The notes under the pieces were generated by a model. That model searched no databases. It was not told the DNA's origin and saw only the letters and a program-made list of their open reading frames with translations. Of a stretch of 64,000 nucleotides of DNA, positions 47,614-59,510 are shown piece by piece. A program made the translations under genes and the position numbers. This DNA comes from Tubulanus polymorphus (lineage: Eukaryota; Animalia; Nemertea), in NCBI RefSeq assembly GCF_964204645.1, contig NC_134025.1, positions 15,376,001 through 15,440,000 of the forward strand, given 5' to 3'. Every line of letters begins with the position of its first letter. Positions within the stretch are counted from its first letter, which is position 1.

Positions 47614-48834
47614 TTAATACATAACACTATTTAATTGAGAATTTACAATATTTAATTGTGCGTCAGATATAATATAAATATGCATTTTGAAATTTAAGCT
47701 TCCTTTTTTCTTTGTCATGAATAATTGTATTCCATCTTTAGTTTTCTGTAGTTTTTTCCCAGAACCATGTAATAAGTTATCCTCTGTTGTTCTAAAATCT
47801 AACCATAGTGCATATTTATTACCGGTATAATAATCAATTTAATTAATATTACAATTTTCAGATGATTTTACTTTTTCATTCATAAAATGTTTTCTAATTT
47901 CTGGCCATTGATCTATCATTCTCATTCCTTGACAGAATATTTTATTTGCTATTCCTTCGATAGTTATTTCTACTTTTGTTATTTCAGGATTATAATACTT
48001 ATCAACATTTATTGCGCCATTAGAATATGTTGCAATAGTAAAAAATATTAATATACCTTTAATAGATCTTCTTGGGAAGTTAATATTCTCATTAATTATT
48101 TCATCACTTGCATTAATAGTTACAGTTTTAAATTTATCAATATAATCATATAATAATGAAAATCCTTGATTGTATTGAGTTTGAATTGTGTTAGCAATAT
48201 TTTCATCAGTTACTGTATCATATTCTAAACATATATTCGATAATTTATAACCCATATCTTTAACAACGTTAGATAATACAATTTCATTTACAGGAGCAAA
48301 TGTTATCTCAAATATAACATCTTCTTGAATTGCATATTTATATAAAGGTGCATTATTATTTATCAATTCAAAATCTAATGGAATTTTATATTTGCTTCCA
48401 TAAATCTTTTTAATCAAATTATCTACGTCATTAGCTACTACTGCATTATTGGCTTCAGATCTTAATTTATTTTGGTTTTCTGATTGGATGCCTTGAAATA
48501 TCATATTATTTCTATTTTCTTTAGTTAACCATTAATCTTTGTAATGCATAAATAAATTATAATCATCTAATGAGACTAATGATCTAATGAGATAAAAACT
48601 GTTTCTGGACCAATCTTTATAGTTAATTTTTTAATCAAATATCTTCCAACATTATCAACAACATAATTATTAATTTTACCAGTTACTTTTATATCGGCTG
48701 ATAAATAAATACTATTTGGAACATAAAAAGTATTTTGTGTTAATCTGGGGATTCTAACATATAAAGTTTCATCGGGATTAATATTTGAAGGATAATGAGT
48801 AATTATATGATGAGATCTTTCTGCTTTAATAGCA
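47614..48834 (-). pseudogene. Major capsid protein, stops and indels, extreme 5' end lost
   Basis: Colinear with 17919-19120. Confidence 0.78.
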
Positions 48835-50289
48835 GAAAGATGCGTGTAGGCATTAAGGGACGTGATAAACTCGGGGACAAATGGGAAGAAAATCCATATG
48901 TGATTGTATCCCAGCCTAATACGGAAATATCTACGTGGTTAGAGACACTGTGTCTGGTAAGACGAGGACGCTACATCGGAACTTGCTGTTGTTCCTTTCA
49001 GTTCCGCTGCGTCCAAATCGCAGCTCTGAGGAGAGCGTTTCTCCTGGTGAGGCTAGGCCCGACGTCAGTCCGGTAGGTGTTGATACGTCTCTTGTTGTTG
49101 ACGTGCCTTTTGATGAGATTAAGCCGGTGGTCGATCCATCTAATGAGATGCAATCACCAGATATTTCCGTGCGTCCAGCCCTTGCTGATCGTCCTACAAG
49201 GGTAAGACGTATGCCTGAACGGTTTGCTGACTATCAGGTCGGTGCTTTAACGGCAGGTCCTTTGTGGCAACAGAAGCTGGATACTTTATTATTGGCAAGC
49301 AAAGATGCTTCGATAAGCGGAAATCCGACTCTGTTGGCAGCGGTCTTGAACCTTTGTGAATGAGTATTTTTAAAATGTCATCAAATGTCCGGGTTATTGA
49401 TACATGTATATCCATTATTTTGCGTTGTGCGTTTTAATTCATTTTGGGTTTTTTTTCTTTTCTCTTCATTCAAGTGATGTCTATAAGAAGAAGTCGTGTA
49501 ATACAACAAATTCTTTGAAGCTACGTCGCTTCTTATGTGTTTATCTATCTCGATCTGGGGACAGATCTTCTTTGGAAGGGTGGTAGATATGCCGGGTCTT
49601 TCAATATATATTAATTTATGTGTGTGATGTAAGTTACACGCCTGTATGTGAAACATGGTGTAAAGATTGAAGTGAAATTTTTTTTCTTTAAAGAAAATTA
49701 GTATTATAAATGACTGTGGGAGTGGTTTGGATTGTGTTTATGTAAAATCTATTAAGTCATTATTAATTAAGAGCTAGCAGTAGTTCTTGGTCGGTAATCT
49801 GTGCTTTGTTCTGAATGATTTCTCGCTGCGTTCCGTCCGTCTGGAAGGTAGGAATTTTAGATTGCTGAAACGACATCCTATTCATGTCACTTATTTCGGG
49901 AACGAAAGTTCTTGACGTTAAGTTCGGCAGTATATTTGATAGCCTCCGTTCGATGCTGCCACCTTCATGGTCTGTATATAGTTTGAAGTTTTGGCGGGAA
50001 CAGTGTTAGTTTGTTGGCGGTCGCCTTTCAGGCAACCACTCTGTAAAATATATGTTGATGTAATTTACACTGTTCCCGCAGGTAAGAAAGCTTCGAATGA
50101 TTCTGATTTAATTATTCATCATGTGTAATATTTATTGGTTAGTTTGTTGGCGGTCGCCTTTCAGGCAACCACTCTGTAAAATATATGTTGATGTAATTTA
50201 CACTGTTCCCGCAGGTCTTTTGTTGTTTAATGTTGGTTGGTGGAGACGACAGACGAGGCATTAAGGATTTAAAAGAAAGCCCCGCCACA
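48835..50289 (+). mobile_element. Gypsy-type LTR retrotransposon 3' end (integrase tail, PPT, LTR 49588-50289)
   Basis: GRDKLGDKWEENPYVIVSQPN..GKTRTLHRNLLL..RPTRVRRMPERFADY. Purine tract GGAAGGGTGGTAGA. LTR ends TATGCCGGG...CCCGCCACA. Exact 79-bp duplication at 50005-50083 and 50138-50216. Confidence 0.8.
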
Positions 50290-52298
50290 TACAAGCGATG
50301 ACAGGCCTATGAGGCACCCGTAAATCAAAAATGTATTTCACGGATCTCGCTGTGCGATGCGATAAATTATAAACTTTTAATTTGAAATATTTTTGAAATA
50401 CTATTTGAAATTTGAAATATTATTTTTACGAGTGCGATAACTTTTAGTATTAGTTTAGTATAAATGAAGTATTTCAATCTTTGGATGAACGTCGAAAAAA
50501 TGGCAAGGGGAAAATTGCCGCTAAATAAATATTAGAATTTGCAAGTTTTGTAATAACTTTGAAATTTTAAATTTTATTTGACATTGGTGTATGCTGGATA
50601 TCACCAGCCTGATATCACGAACAACAAAACATATACCAAACACATACAAACGTTGATTGTCTTTTTCATCTTTCTTCATTTCATTAACAATCAATCGATT
50701 TTTAAGTCGATTTAATTACTAGGGAGCGACTATATGCGTTTGTGCTTTTAATCAACTAGTTTCCGAATCCGTGGTATGTCAATCAAAAAAATTTTAAGTC
50801 GAGAAAAAGTAAAATGCATTCTATCAACTAATTTCAATGTAAAGACTATAATGCTTCGTATATGAATCAATACTAAAGCATTCATACCGCAGGCCACTAA
50901 ATCTCAAGCTTGATTGTGAGGTGTTGAAACATAATGGTCACATGAGTAATTAAATGGTTGTGTCACAAAGGGAGAAATCTGCCTTAGACATCATCCCGAA
51001 ATCTGGAGTTCTGGGCTTAGTAACGCACGTTTAGAATGAATTTTATCCGATATTTTTGTAACATAATGTTTTCTCTCAGCAAATTCCTGACTATTTCTGG
51101 GTGCTAACGTTCAGTGGCTAGTAGGCTGGATTGTATTTTCCCCTTTTCATAGATCTCCATTGCATATAAACTTGAACTGAACTGAATGGGAACTGAGTTC
51201 GGTTAGGAGTAAAAACCTCCTTATTAACTCCTATTTCTGAATTGTATATAAAGGAGTGAAGAAAGAAACAAACCCTCATACCGAATACACTTTAACGTAT
51301 AAATGAGAATAATGCATTCTAGGACAATGGCTAATTTGCGAATATTTTTATTTTTATCATGCGTGACACGAGAATCTCCTATTAACGCTAGTAATGAGAG
51401 AAGAACCCACACGAATGAAATGTATCAGCTTCATAATGATCTTTAATCCCTGAATGACGATTCTTAATTAACACAAAACACTTAATATAAATGATTTGTA
51501 TCGATTACTATAGAATTTCCATTTAAAGAATGCATTCATCAAATTACGTCCATTGACTCTGAAAATGAACTTAAACCCGTAAATTAGCTAAACTCGTACC
51601 GTATTAAGCTATTAAGATTTATCGCAGCTGTCTTGTGAAAATTTGTAAGCAGTCCATATATATTCCCTGCATAATCAAAGCTTAATTTCTATGATATGCA
51701 CGTGTTTTAATAACAATTTCCCCTCTACATGTTTATCGAGAAGCGCCTGATTACAATCTGATTACAATTGATTGACAACAAGTTACAGCAATTTACTGTT
51801 AGACAAAGAAAATACTAAATCTATTTAGTTTTCTAAAATTGTAGGTATGTTTCATACCGTCTCATTACCTCGAACACTGTGTATCGTATCACTCGAAATT
51901 CATAAATCTAACTGGCTTTATTGGGTACTATTTAAACAATAAAAAACAAATTACACCCAAAACACCAATACCTATCTTTCTAAAAATTCAGGTTATAGCT
52001 TTTAGTGGTGGGAGGAATATTCCTTTCTAAATCAATATACTTTGAATCTAAGACTCAGGTCCATTTTCCTTCAGAATAGCGCATCAGTGGCGCTTCGAGC
52101 AAGACGTGACTGTGCGTGGCTCCGTAAATTTGCAGGATTTTCGCCACAATTATGTCGACATTGAAGATTTAATGTAAAGGATAGTGTCGGACTCAGTTTT
52201 GTGTCCTACAAGGTATCGTCTGTTTTGCGCCATCGTATGAACTTGTGCATTTATTTGTGTTCCTCTTGATTCGACATTCGGTGCTCGCGATTTCCAAT

Positions 52299-54320
52299 AT
52301 GGCGGCGGGTAGTGTAGTGTCAACAACATTAACAAGCCGAGGTGTTTGCCGTAGCCTCTCGGGGTCAGAAGATCTTTTTTCGCCGTCAGTGGCAGTAAGC
52401 CCTGTTGTTACCGTCCAACCTTCGTCGTCTTTCTCATCGTCGTGTGACCTCCCATTCGATTGTGAGACTAGTTATGAGAATCTATGTTCTCAACCACAAC
52501 CTGAATCCGATAAACAGGATGAGGGTCCGGAGGAAACCCGTTCAGTCGATGACCCACAAATACCTCGTGGATGGTCCTGCCGTCCCGCGCCTATCGTAGA
52601 CGATTTGTTTGACATACTAGAACAATCTTATGATCCGCATGACATAACTGACATCAATGACATGTGCGCGAATTACCGTATTCCGATAAATCCAGTCAAA
52701 TCCAAAGGCAAAATTGCGAAAGCCTTGTTCGAAAAACTGGATATTAACCTATACAAACCATCCGCTAAAATGGTTTGTTTCAAGACATCTGGTGATAGAA
52801 TGCAGTCCCGAGTTTGTGCAATAATGGCTAGATACTTCAAAGCCCTCGAAAGGTCTGACATGTTTCATTGTAGCTGGACTGATCATCAAAATGCAGAGGA
52901 TATCGTCGAAGATATATGTGTTCAGGTTAAACGTCTCTCTGCTGCCGAAAATACAGACGAGATAACCTTATTTACAATCCGCATTTACCTCACGACACAT
53001 AATATATCAATTCAAGGTAATTACCTAGATTTCTGGTCATCAAAGGAATTTCCATCGTTACTGTCCCATGTCGACGACATTTGTAACTCCGAACCGAATG
53101 TCGCACCGGATACCAGACCAAAGGCGGGAAGTGATCAGAATCGGAAAGTAATCAATGAACTATCCTGTCCGTACTGTGGGAACAAACAATACAATGACGA
53201 TGCTGCTCTTCCACTCATAATCAAGGAAGTTGAGGCATCTGTGTCGAAATTAGTTACCCCTGTTCATTATATTAGTGAATCGATTGTCACGGTAATGTCA
53301 GGGATGGTCGCGATCAAAGATAACATCCAACAGCTGTTATCGGATAATGCCTTAACCTTAGCTTCCATTGATAAGAACAATAATCATAGCGACGTTAACC
53401 TCTTATCACAAATCAACAACCTAAAGAAGATAGCTGCAGGCATGTCCGACTCATCTAAAACGGTGCTACATTGCTTAGAGAGTCTACAGCAAGATTCGCA
53501 TTCGCATAACACCGCTCAACAAAACTTCATCGCGTCGACTCAATCTGCGCTAACAAAAAACTGGAACGAAATTATTTGCCTCGGTAATTACGTTGAAGAA
53601 CAGTTCACTCCTATTCGCGAAAAACTGTCGACTGATGGGATGAACACCGTTCAACGGATGAAATGTGTTCAATCGCAACCGCAACCTGCAGCTCCAAAAA
53701 AAGACATACCGTTGTCATCCGTTCGTCAAAACAACCGTGTTCATCTTGAACCGAGTTCGTCGAAAGTTGACATTCCGATCCTACTGTGCTCCGACTCCAT
53801 CACCAATGATATTGACCTCCGAAGACTGACAAAGAACCTCAATGCCGAAATGGACTTCGTAAAAACACCCACATTGGGCAGCCTTGAAAGCTGGGCGAAA
53901 CGTTACGATGGCAACCACCGTCTGATCATCATTCATTGCGGAGTGAATGATCTGCGAAAATGCTTCTCGTATGAGAGCATATACGAAAAGGCTAAAGACT
54001 TGGTAGACATTGCAATAAACATGAAACGGTATTATGGGGCTGAAGTGATGATATCCAATCTAATCCCCAGTCTAGATATTGATTTGGATGGTAACATTGC
54101 CTGTTTTAATAATTGTGTTAGATCGTCACTTCATGATTGTGTAACCAGAATTCCATTTTTTAACAATGATAACTTCTTCAGAAACGGCCTTCTTCCTACG
54201 AGGTTTTTCAGAGATAACATACATCCTTCTAAACAGGGTAGTGCAATCCTAGCGTCTAATATGATCCGCTCCATTTGCAGATCTAAGCAAGGAATAAGTG
54301 TCAACTGTCGTAAACAATAA
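52299..54320 (+). CDS. LINE ORF1 with coiled coil and C-terminal SGNH esterase-like domain
   Basis: Open frame from MAAGSV. LLCSDSIT, IIIHCGVNDL and RDNIHPSKQG correspond to SGNH blocks I, III and V. Confidence 0.8.
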   Translation: MAAGSVVSTTLTSRGVCRSLSGSEDLFSPSVAVSPVVTVQPSSSFSSSCDLPFDCETSYENLCSQPQPESDKQDEGPEETRSVDDPQIPRGWSCRPAPIVDDLFDILEQSYDPHDITDINDMCANYRIPINPVKSKGKIAKALFEKLDINLYKPSAKMVCFKTSGDRMQSRVCAIMARYFKALERSDMFHCSWTDHQNAEDIVEDICVQVKRLSAAENTDEITLFTIRIYLTTHNISIQGNYLDFWSSKEFPSLLSHVDDICNSEPNVAPDTRPKAGSDQNRKVINELSCPYCGNKQYNDDAALPLIIKEVEASVSKLVTPVHYISESIVTVMSGMVAIKDNIQQLLSDNALTLASIDKNNNHSDVNLLSQINNLKKIAAGMSDSSKTVLHCLESLQQDSHSHNTAQQNFIASTQSALTKNWNEIICLGNYVEEQFTPIREKLSTDGMNTVQRMKCVQSQPQPAAPKKDIPLSSVRQNNRVHLEPSSSKVDIPILLCSDSITNDIDLRRLTKNLNAEMDFVKTPTLGSLESWAKRYDGNHRLIIIHCGVNDLRKCFSYESIYEKAKDLVDIAINMKRYYGAEVMISNLIPSLDIDLDGNIACFNNCVRSSLHDCVTRIPFFNNDNFFRNGLLPTRFFRDNIHPSKQGSAILASNMIRSICRSKQGISVNCRKQ

Positions 54321-54404
54321 TAGCAAACCTTCCCTCGATTTTTATTCAAAATCTTATAAAATCGGTTATTGATTCAGCAAAGTCCACTAAGTCAGCAATA
54401 CATT

Positions 54405-57400
54405 CGATTAGGATATGTTCTTGGAACGTTAATGGGTTAATGACGATTGATGAAAACGGTATTCGATCAAACAAAATTCAGCTCGCGAACATAGCTAAAT
54501 CTTATGATATTATATGTATACAGGAAACTCACGCTAATCAATCTACGGTGATCTCTCTTAGCGGTTTTTTCTCCCTCCGTGCTGATAGGGGATCCCCCTC
54601 ATTATCAAGGAGTCACGGTGGTACTGCTGTATTAATCAGGAACGACCTTAAAAATCATATTAAATTTATCAAGGGTACTGAGTATGGTTTGTGGATCAAG
54701 CTCTCACGCCTCTTGTCCACTGACAATAAACCTATATATCTTGCTTGCGTATATATTCCGCCTGCTAACTCTCCAATTCATAAAAGTTCCCAAATAGATA
54801 TGTTTGATTCAATTTATAACGACGTTGTAATGTACAGCCACCACAATAATATCCTGATGTGCGGAGATTTTAATTCTCGTATCTCTACTCTTGAAGATTT
54901 CATTAGTGAATCTTGTGAAAATTCACCTGTGGACCACCTAACGGCTCCGGATTGTTGCAAATCAAGAAACTCTACAGATAAAAAGACCAACTCTTTTGGG
55001 AAAAAACTAATTGATTTATGCACCGCTTGTAACCTTAGGATTATAAACGGCAGGACTATAGGTGATTTATTTGGGATGCCAACATGTTATAAATACAATG
55101 GTTTCAGCACCGTCGATTTCTTTATTTGCAACAACGATTTCCTATGTTCTATTCTAAGTATGAATGTTGAAGATTTTTCGGTTTTCTCAGACCACTGTAG
55201 GTTATCTGTATATATAGCAAGTAATAAAACATCCATCCCCCTTATACCCCGTAGTACATCATCAAAGATTTATAATAAACCGATCAGATACATCTGGTGT
55301 GAAGAAAACGAGCTTAACTTTGTAAATGCTTTTGAATCCCCAGAAACACTAGCCAAAATCAAAGAGATTTGTGAGCATCAAAACAACGACTCAATTAGTT
55401 CAGACTCCAGCTCTCATTCTAGAAAAATGTACGAATATTTATAAATCAATTGCTTTGAATACACTGAAACCAAAATCGACCAAAAAGGGTAGAATTTTTA
55501 AACAGAAATGGTTCGATAAAACTTGCCTTAATCTCAGAAGAAGAACCAAACGTGAAGCTAGCAAGTTATCCTCTACTAGGGATCCTGATCCGGACCTAAT
55601 CTTGGACTATTACAATTTAAAAAGAAACTATAAAAAACTCTTGAAACAAAAAAAAAGCCAGTTTACATCTAAAATTGTCGATGAAATCAATTATACTAAA
55701 AGTACCGGTAGTACTAAAAACTCTAAAACTTTCTGGAAAAACATAAATAGCCTCCGCCACCCCTACACAAAAAACGATTCATCTAATATCACGCTGGATG
55801 AATGGTTTCATCATTTTAAAACTCTGAGCTCATCCGAAAACCTTCCATCCGAAGTTCTCTCTAAGCTTCATCAAGAGTTACTTGAACTCGAGAACTCGAC
55901 GCAAACATTTAATCAACTGGACTTTTCTATAACTGAAGCTGAAATCATAAAAGCTGTAAATAAACTGAAGTCTAACAAAGCTACCGGTCCAGACTCAATT
56001 TCGAACGAAATGATTAAGTGCAGTATAAACTTTATGCTTGAGCCTTTATGTAAACTTTTTAACTCTGTATTATCCAGTGGCACCTATCCTGAAGAATGGT
56101 CCCGAGGTATTATTGCACCTATTTTTAAAAAAGGTGATCCATGTGATACCAACTGTTACAGGGGGATCACTATCTCTAGCTGCTTAGGTAAACTTTTCTG
56201 TAGCATTCTGAACAACCGTCTTGTAAATTACTTGGAAGATAACAACATTCTTAACCCAAACCAAATTGGCTTTAGAAAGGGCTCCCGTACCTCAGATCAC
56301 CTTTTTACTCTGAAGCACTTGATCGATAGAAACACTAGTAAACGCAAACAGAAATTCTACTGCGCCTTTATTGACTTCAGTCGTGCCTTTGATAGCATTC
56401 CCCATGACGGGTTGTTTATTAAATTGATAAAATCCGGTATAAGTGGTTTATTTTATAAAGTTATAAAAAATATGTATGCGAGTGCCTTTTCCAGAGTCCA
56501 AAACGACAAAGGTCTATCTGAGGAATTTCCAGTAAAAATCGGTGTACATCAGGGTAATATTCTAAGTCCGATGCTCTTCAATATCTTTATCAATGACTTA
56601 CATAAATCTTTTAATAATTGTGACTCTCCAACTATAAGGAACATCAATATCCCTTCACCCAGCACTGGCAGCGGTTGTCTCCACCAGTGATCTCCGTCGC
56701 TCTACGATCCTAGTGTAACCAACATGTGGTACATCAGACACTAAGATTCTTGGTGAACAATATCCCATGCCTACTATACGCGGATGATCTTGTTATCTTA
56801 TCCAGAACACCTGAAGGTCTGCAAAAATCACTGGATAATCTAGGTGTATATTGTAACACATGGGGTATTGATGTAAACTATGGAAAATCTAATATAATGG
56901 AATTTAGTAAAGCTAGGAACATGCGTATGACAGAATCTAAATTTAAGATTAATGACTGCACTATAAATTTCTGTAAATCTTATAATTATTTGGGTTTTAC
57001 TGTTCACTGTAATGGTAAACTGGATAGTCTCCAAGATGCATTGGGTAAAAAGGGATCTAGAGCATTATTCAACCTCATAAAAATTCCTGGCTTTAGAAAT
57101 TTAGGCATTATCCAACAACTGCAACAGTCTCATCAAACCTATTATTACATATGGTAGCGAAGTTTGGGGAGTCACACCTTTGATTAAAAATCTAAATAAA
57201 GGAGATGATCGTACTATAAAAGACAACATAGGTGATATCTTCAAACTTTGCTCAATGCAAAAAGTAGTTAACCGTTTCTTTCGTCATATCCTTGGACTCC
57301 ATAACAGATCACCTATTTTACCTCTCCTTGGAGATCTTGGCCAATTTCCCATACTCATTGAAATAATTTAATCTTCTGTGAAATATTGGTTAAATTGCAT

Positions 57401-57800
57401 GAAAAATAATCAAAACTCCCTGCTCTATCTTTGTTTGTTAGATATGCATGAATCCTCGTCCCGAGACTCGTTTTAATTTTGTTTCTTGTATAAAAAAAAT
57501 TCTATTAGACTGTAATCTTAACCATATATGGGAAAATTTAGGGCACAATCCAAATATAACCAGATCAACTAGAATTGTATGTAAATATATGCAGCAGGGT
57601 TTTCTTATTTTTTGGAATTCAGAGATGAATCCCATTTTCTTTTTTATTGTAAACTGCAGGATAATTTAAGAACTAAATATGATATTGTAAATCTAAACCT
57701 AGACACTTTTCTTTCGGCCTTCACTAATCCCAATAAACCAATCTTCTTAAATATTGCGAAATTCATATATCATGGGCTTGTAAATATCAATATCACTTAA
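54405..57800 (+). pseudogene. LINE ORF2 (AP endonuclease plus RT), frameshifted and interrupted
   Basis: ICSWNVNGL, ICIQETH, CGDFNSR, FSDHC, YRGITI, QIGFRKG, FIDFSRAFDSI, GVHQGNILSP, LLYADDLV. Confidence 0.9.
56654..56757. mobile_element. 104-bp insertion with 9-bp TSD (MITE-like)
   Basis: CAATATCCC at 56645-56653 and 56758-56766. Ends TTCACCCAG...CTTGGTGAA form an 8/9 inverted match. Confidence 0.8.
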
Positions 57801-57805
57801 ATAAT

Positions 57806-57949
<144 letters not shown>

Positions 57950-58987
57950 AGACATTGTATTAGTTCTCTCTCCTTTTATTATTTTTCTGTTAGTGCACAT
58001 CTTTGTGTCACACATTTTTGTTTTTTGTCTGTTTGTTATTATTGTTGTTTTCTTCATTCACAATCTTATACTTTGGATTTATGATGAATAAATTGAAATT
58101 GAATTCAGTTGACATATGACGATATTTCGAATATCAGACCAGGTCCATTTTCCTTCGTTTGACATTCGGAGGAACATTCCTCCCGAAGTCGATACTTTGA
58201 ATATCAGACCTGAAGGTCAAATTCTCTTCGTTTGACTTGGGAGGAATATTCCACCGAAGTCATGGATGCAATAAAGTTGCAGACCAGCTTACAGGCAAAA
58301 GTGAATGAAGTTGGTCGCAAGTTATCAATTATTGACAATTTTCACTAAAAAATTAAACCACTACTAAAGTCGAAGACCTGTATCATCTACCCAATCGCCA
58401 AAGCTCATAATTCCCCAAATTTCTTAAAACTTCGATTTCAAATTTGCAATTCCACATTAGCTTGTCACAGAAAATCAACATTTTTTTCGCAGGCGTCAAA
58501 TAATTTACTAAAATTCATTTTCTTGTTTAACGTTACTCCTATAAAAAAACACATAAGGCCACACCAAAAAAATCCTGTTTCTCGGGCGAAATGGGTTGGT
58601 AGGTAGGGAATTTTTTTCTTTTTATGGAAGAAAACATTTCGGTTATTCTTCTAACAGTGGGTAGGTCGCCGTAAATAATTTTTAATAGGAATATGATTAA
58701 CAGCTAGTAGACCATAATAATAGAAGGAAATTCAGGTGTTTGTAGAATTATCTATATTTTGACATATTTCACGGAATTCCTGGAATTTTACAATCCAAGG
58801 TCGCCATCAATGTCCGATTAGGAAAGTTGTCTGAGCATGGCTGCACCATTTCCAGAATGAAATTGTTAAATCCGATGTAATAAAATGTTTTTATGATTTT
58901 GGTCTCAGTGCCGACGGTACGCAATTTGATTGAAAAGAAAAAAATATTTACCAAAAAGAGAATGGAGAGTTTGGTAGTCGGTCGGCC

Positions 58988-59157
58988 ATATATACACATA
59001 TATACATACATATATACACATATATACATACATATATACACATACATACATACACATATATACACACACATATAAACACACATACATACACATATATACA
59101 CACATACATACATATATGTGTGCGCGCGCGCGTGCGTACGTACATAAATATATATTT
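58988..59157. repeat. Compound (TA/CA/TACA)n microsatellite with a short (CG)n
   Basis: Seen directly. Confidence 0.95.
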
Positions 59158-59211
59158 ATTGATTTGAAATAATAATACGTAAAATCACGTAACAAGAGTT
59201 AAAGCAACCAA

Positions 59212-59510
59212 GGACTGGAAATGATATTCGGTTTACTCCCGAGTTCAGCGGGTCCGAGAGGGACATAACGGGAGACCGATAACTGGACAAAAATTCGATC
59301 GTTTTATGTAAAGAAATCACAGCCAATGAAGATTGTATTCAAAATGAGTCATTTCAATGAGGAAGATTCTTGAAACATGCGTAAAAGATCCGTTGAAGAT
59401 GTACAAATACACCGCGCTTATGATCAGTGCACTAAATTGGCAGAGGCAAAATACGATGATATTATTACACTGTGTCAGGGAAATACACCTGTTATTAGTT
59501 TTCCGGGTCA
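59212..59510 (+). pseudogene. Possible DNA-transposase C-terminal remnant
   Basis: Broken frames read DWK..NWTKIRSFYVKKSQPMKIVFKMSH..RAYDQCTKLAEAKYDDIITLC, resembling C-termini of invertebrate transposase-like proteins. Recognition is from memory only. Confidence 0.3.

Larger units (their letters stand above)
38656..48834 (+). mobile_element. Polinton-like element B: own terminus, deleted pPolB, structural block, inverted INT-ATPase-MCP block; right end lost
   Basis: AGTAATAGAGGTTTAGTTGG..CCAAAGGTCGAAAGGTCGAG at 38656. Genes are closely homologous to those of element A. Confidence 0.88.
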
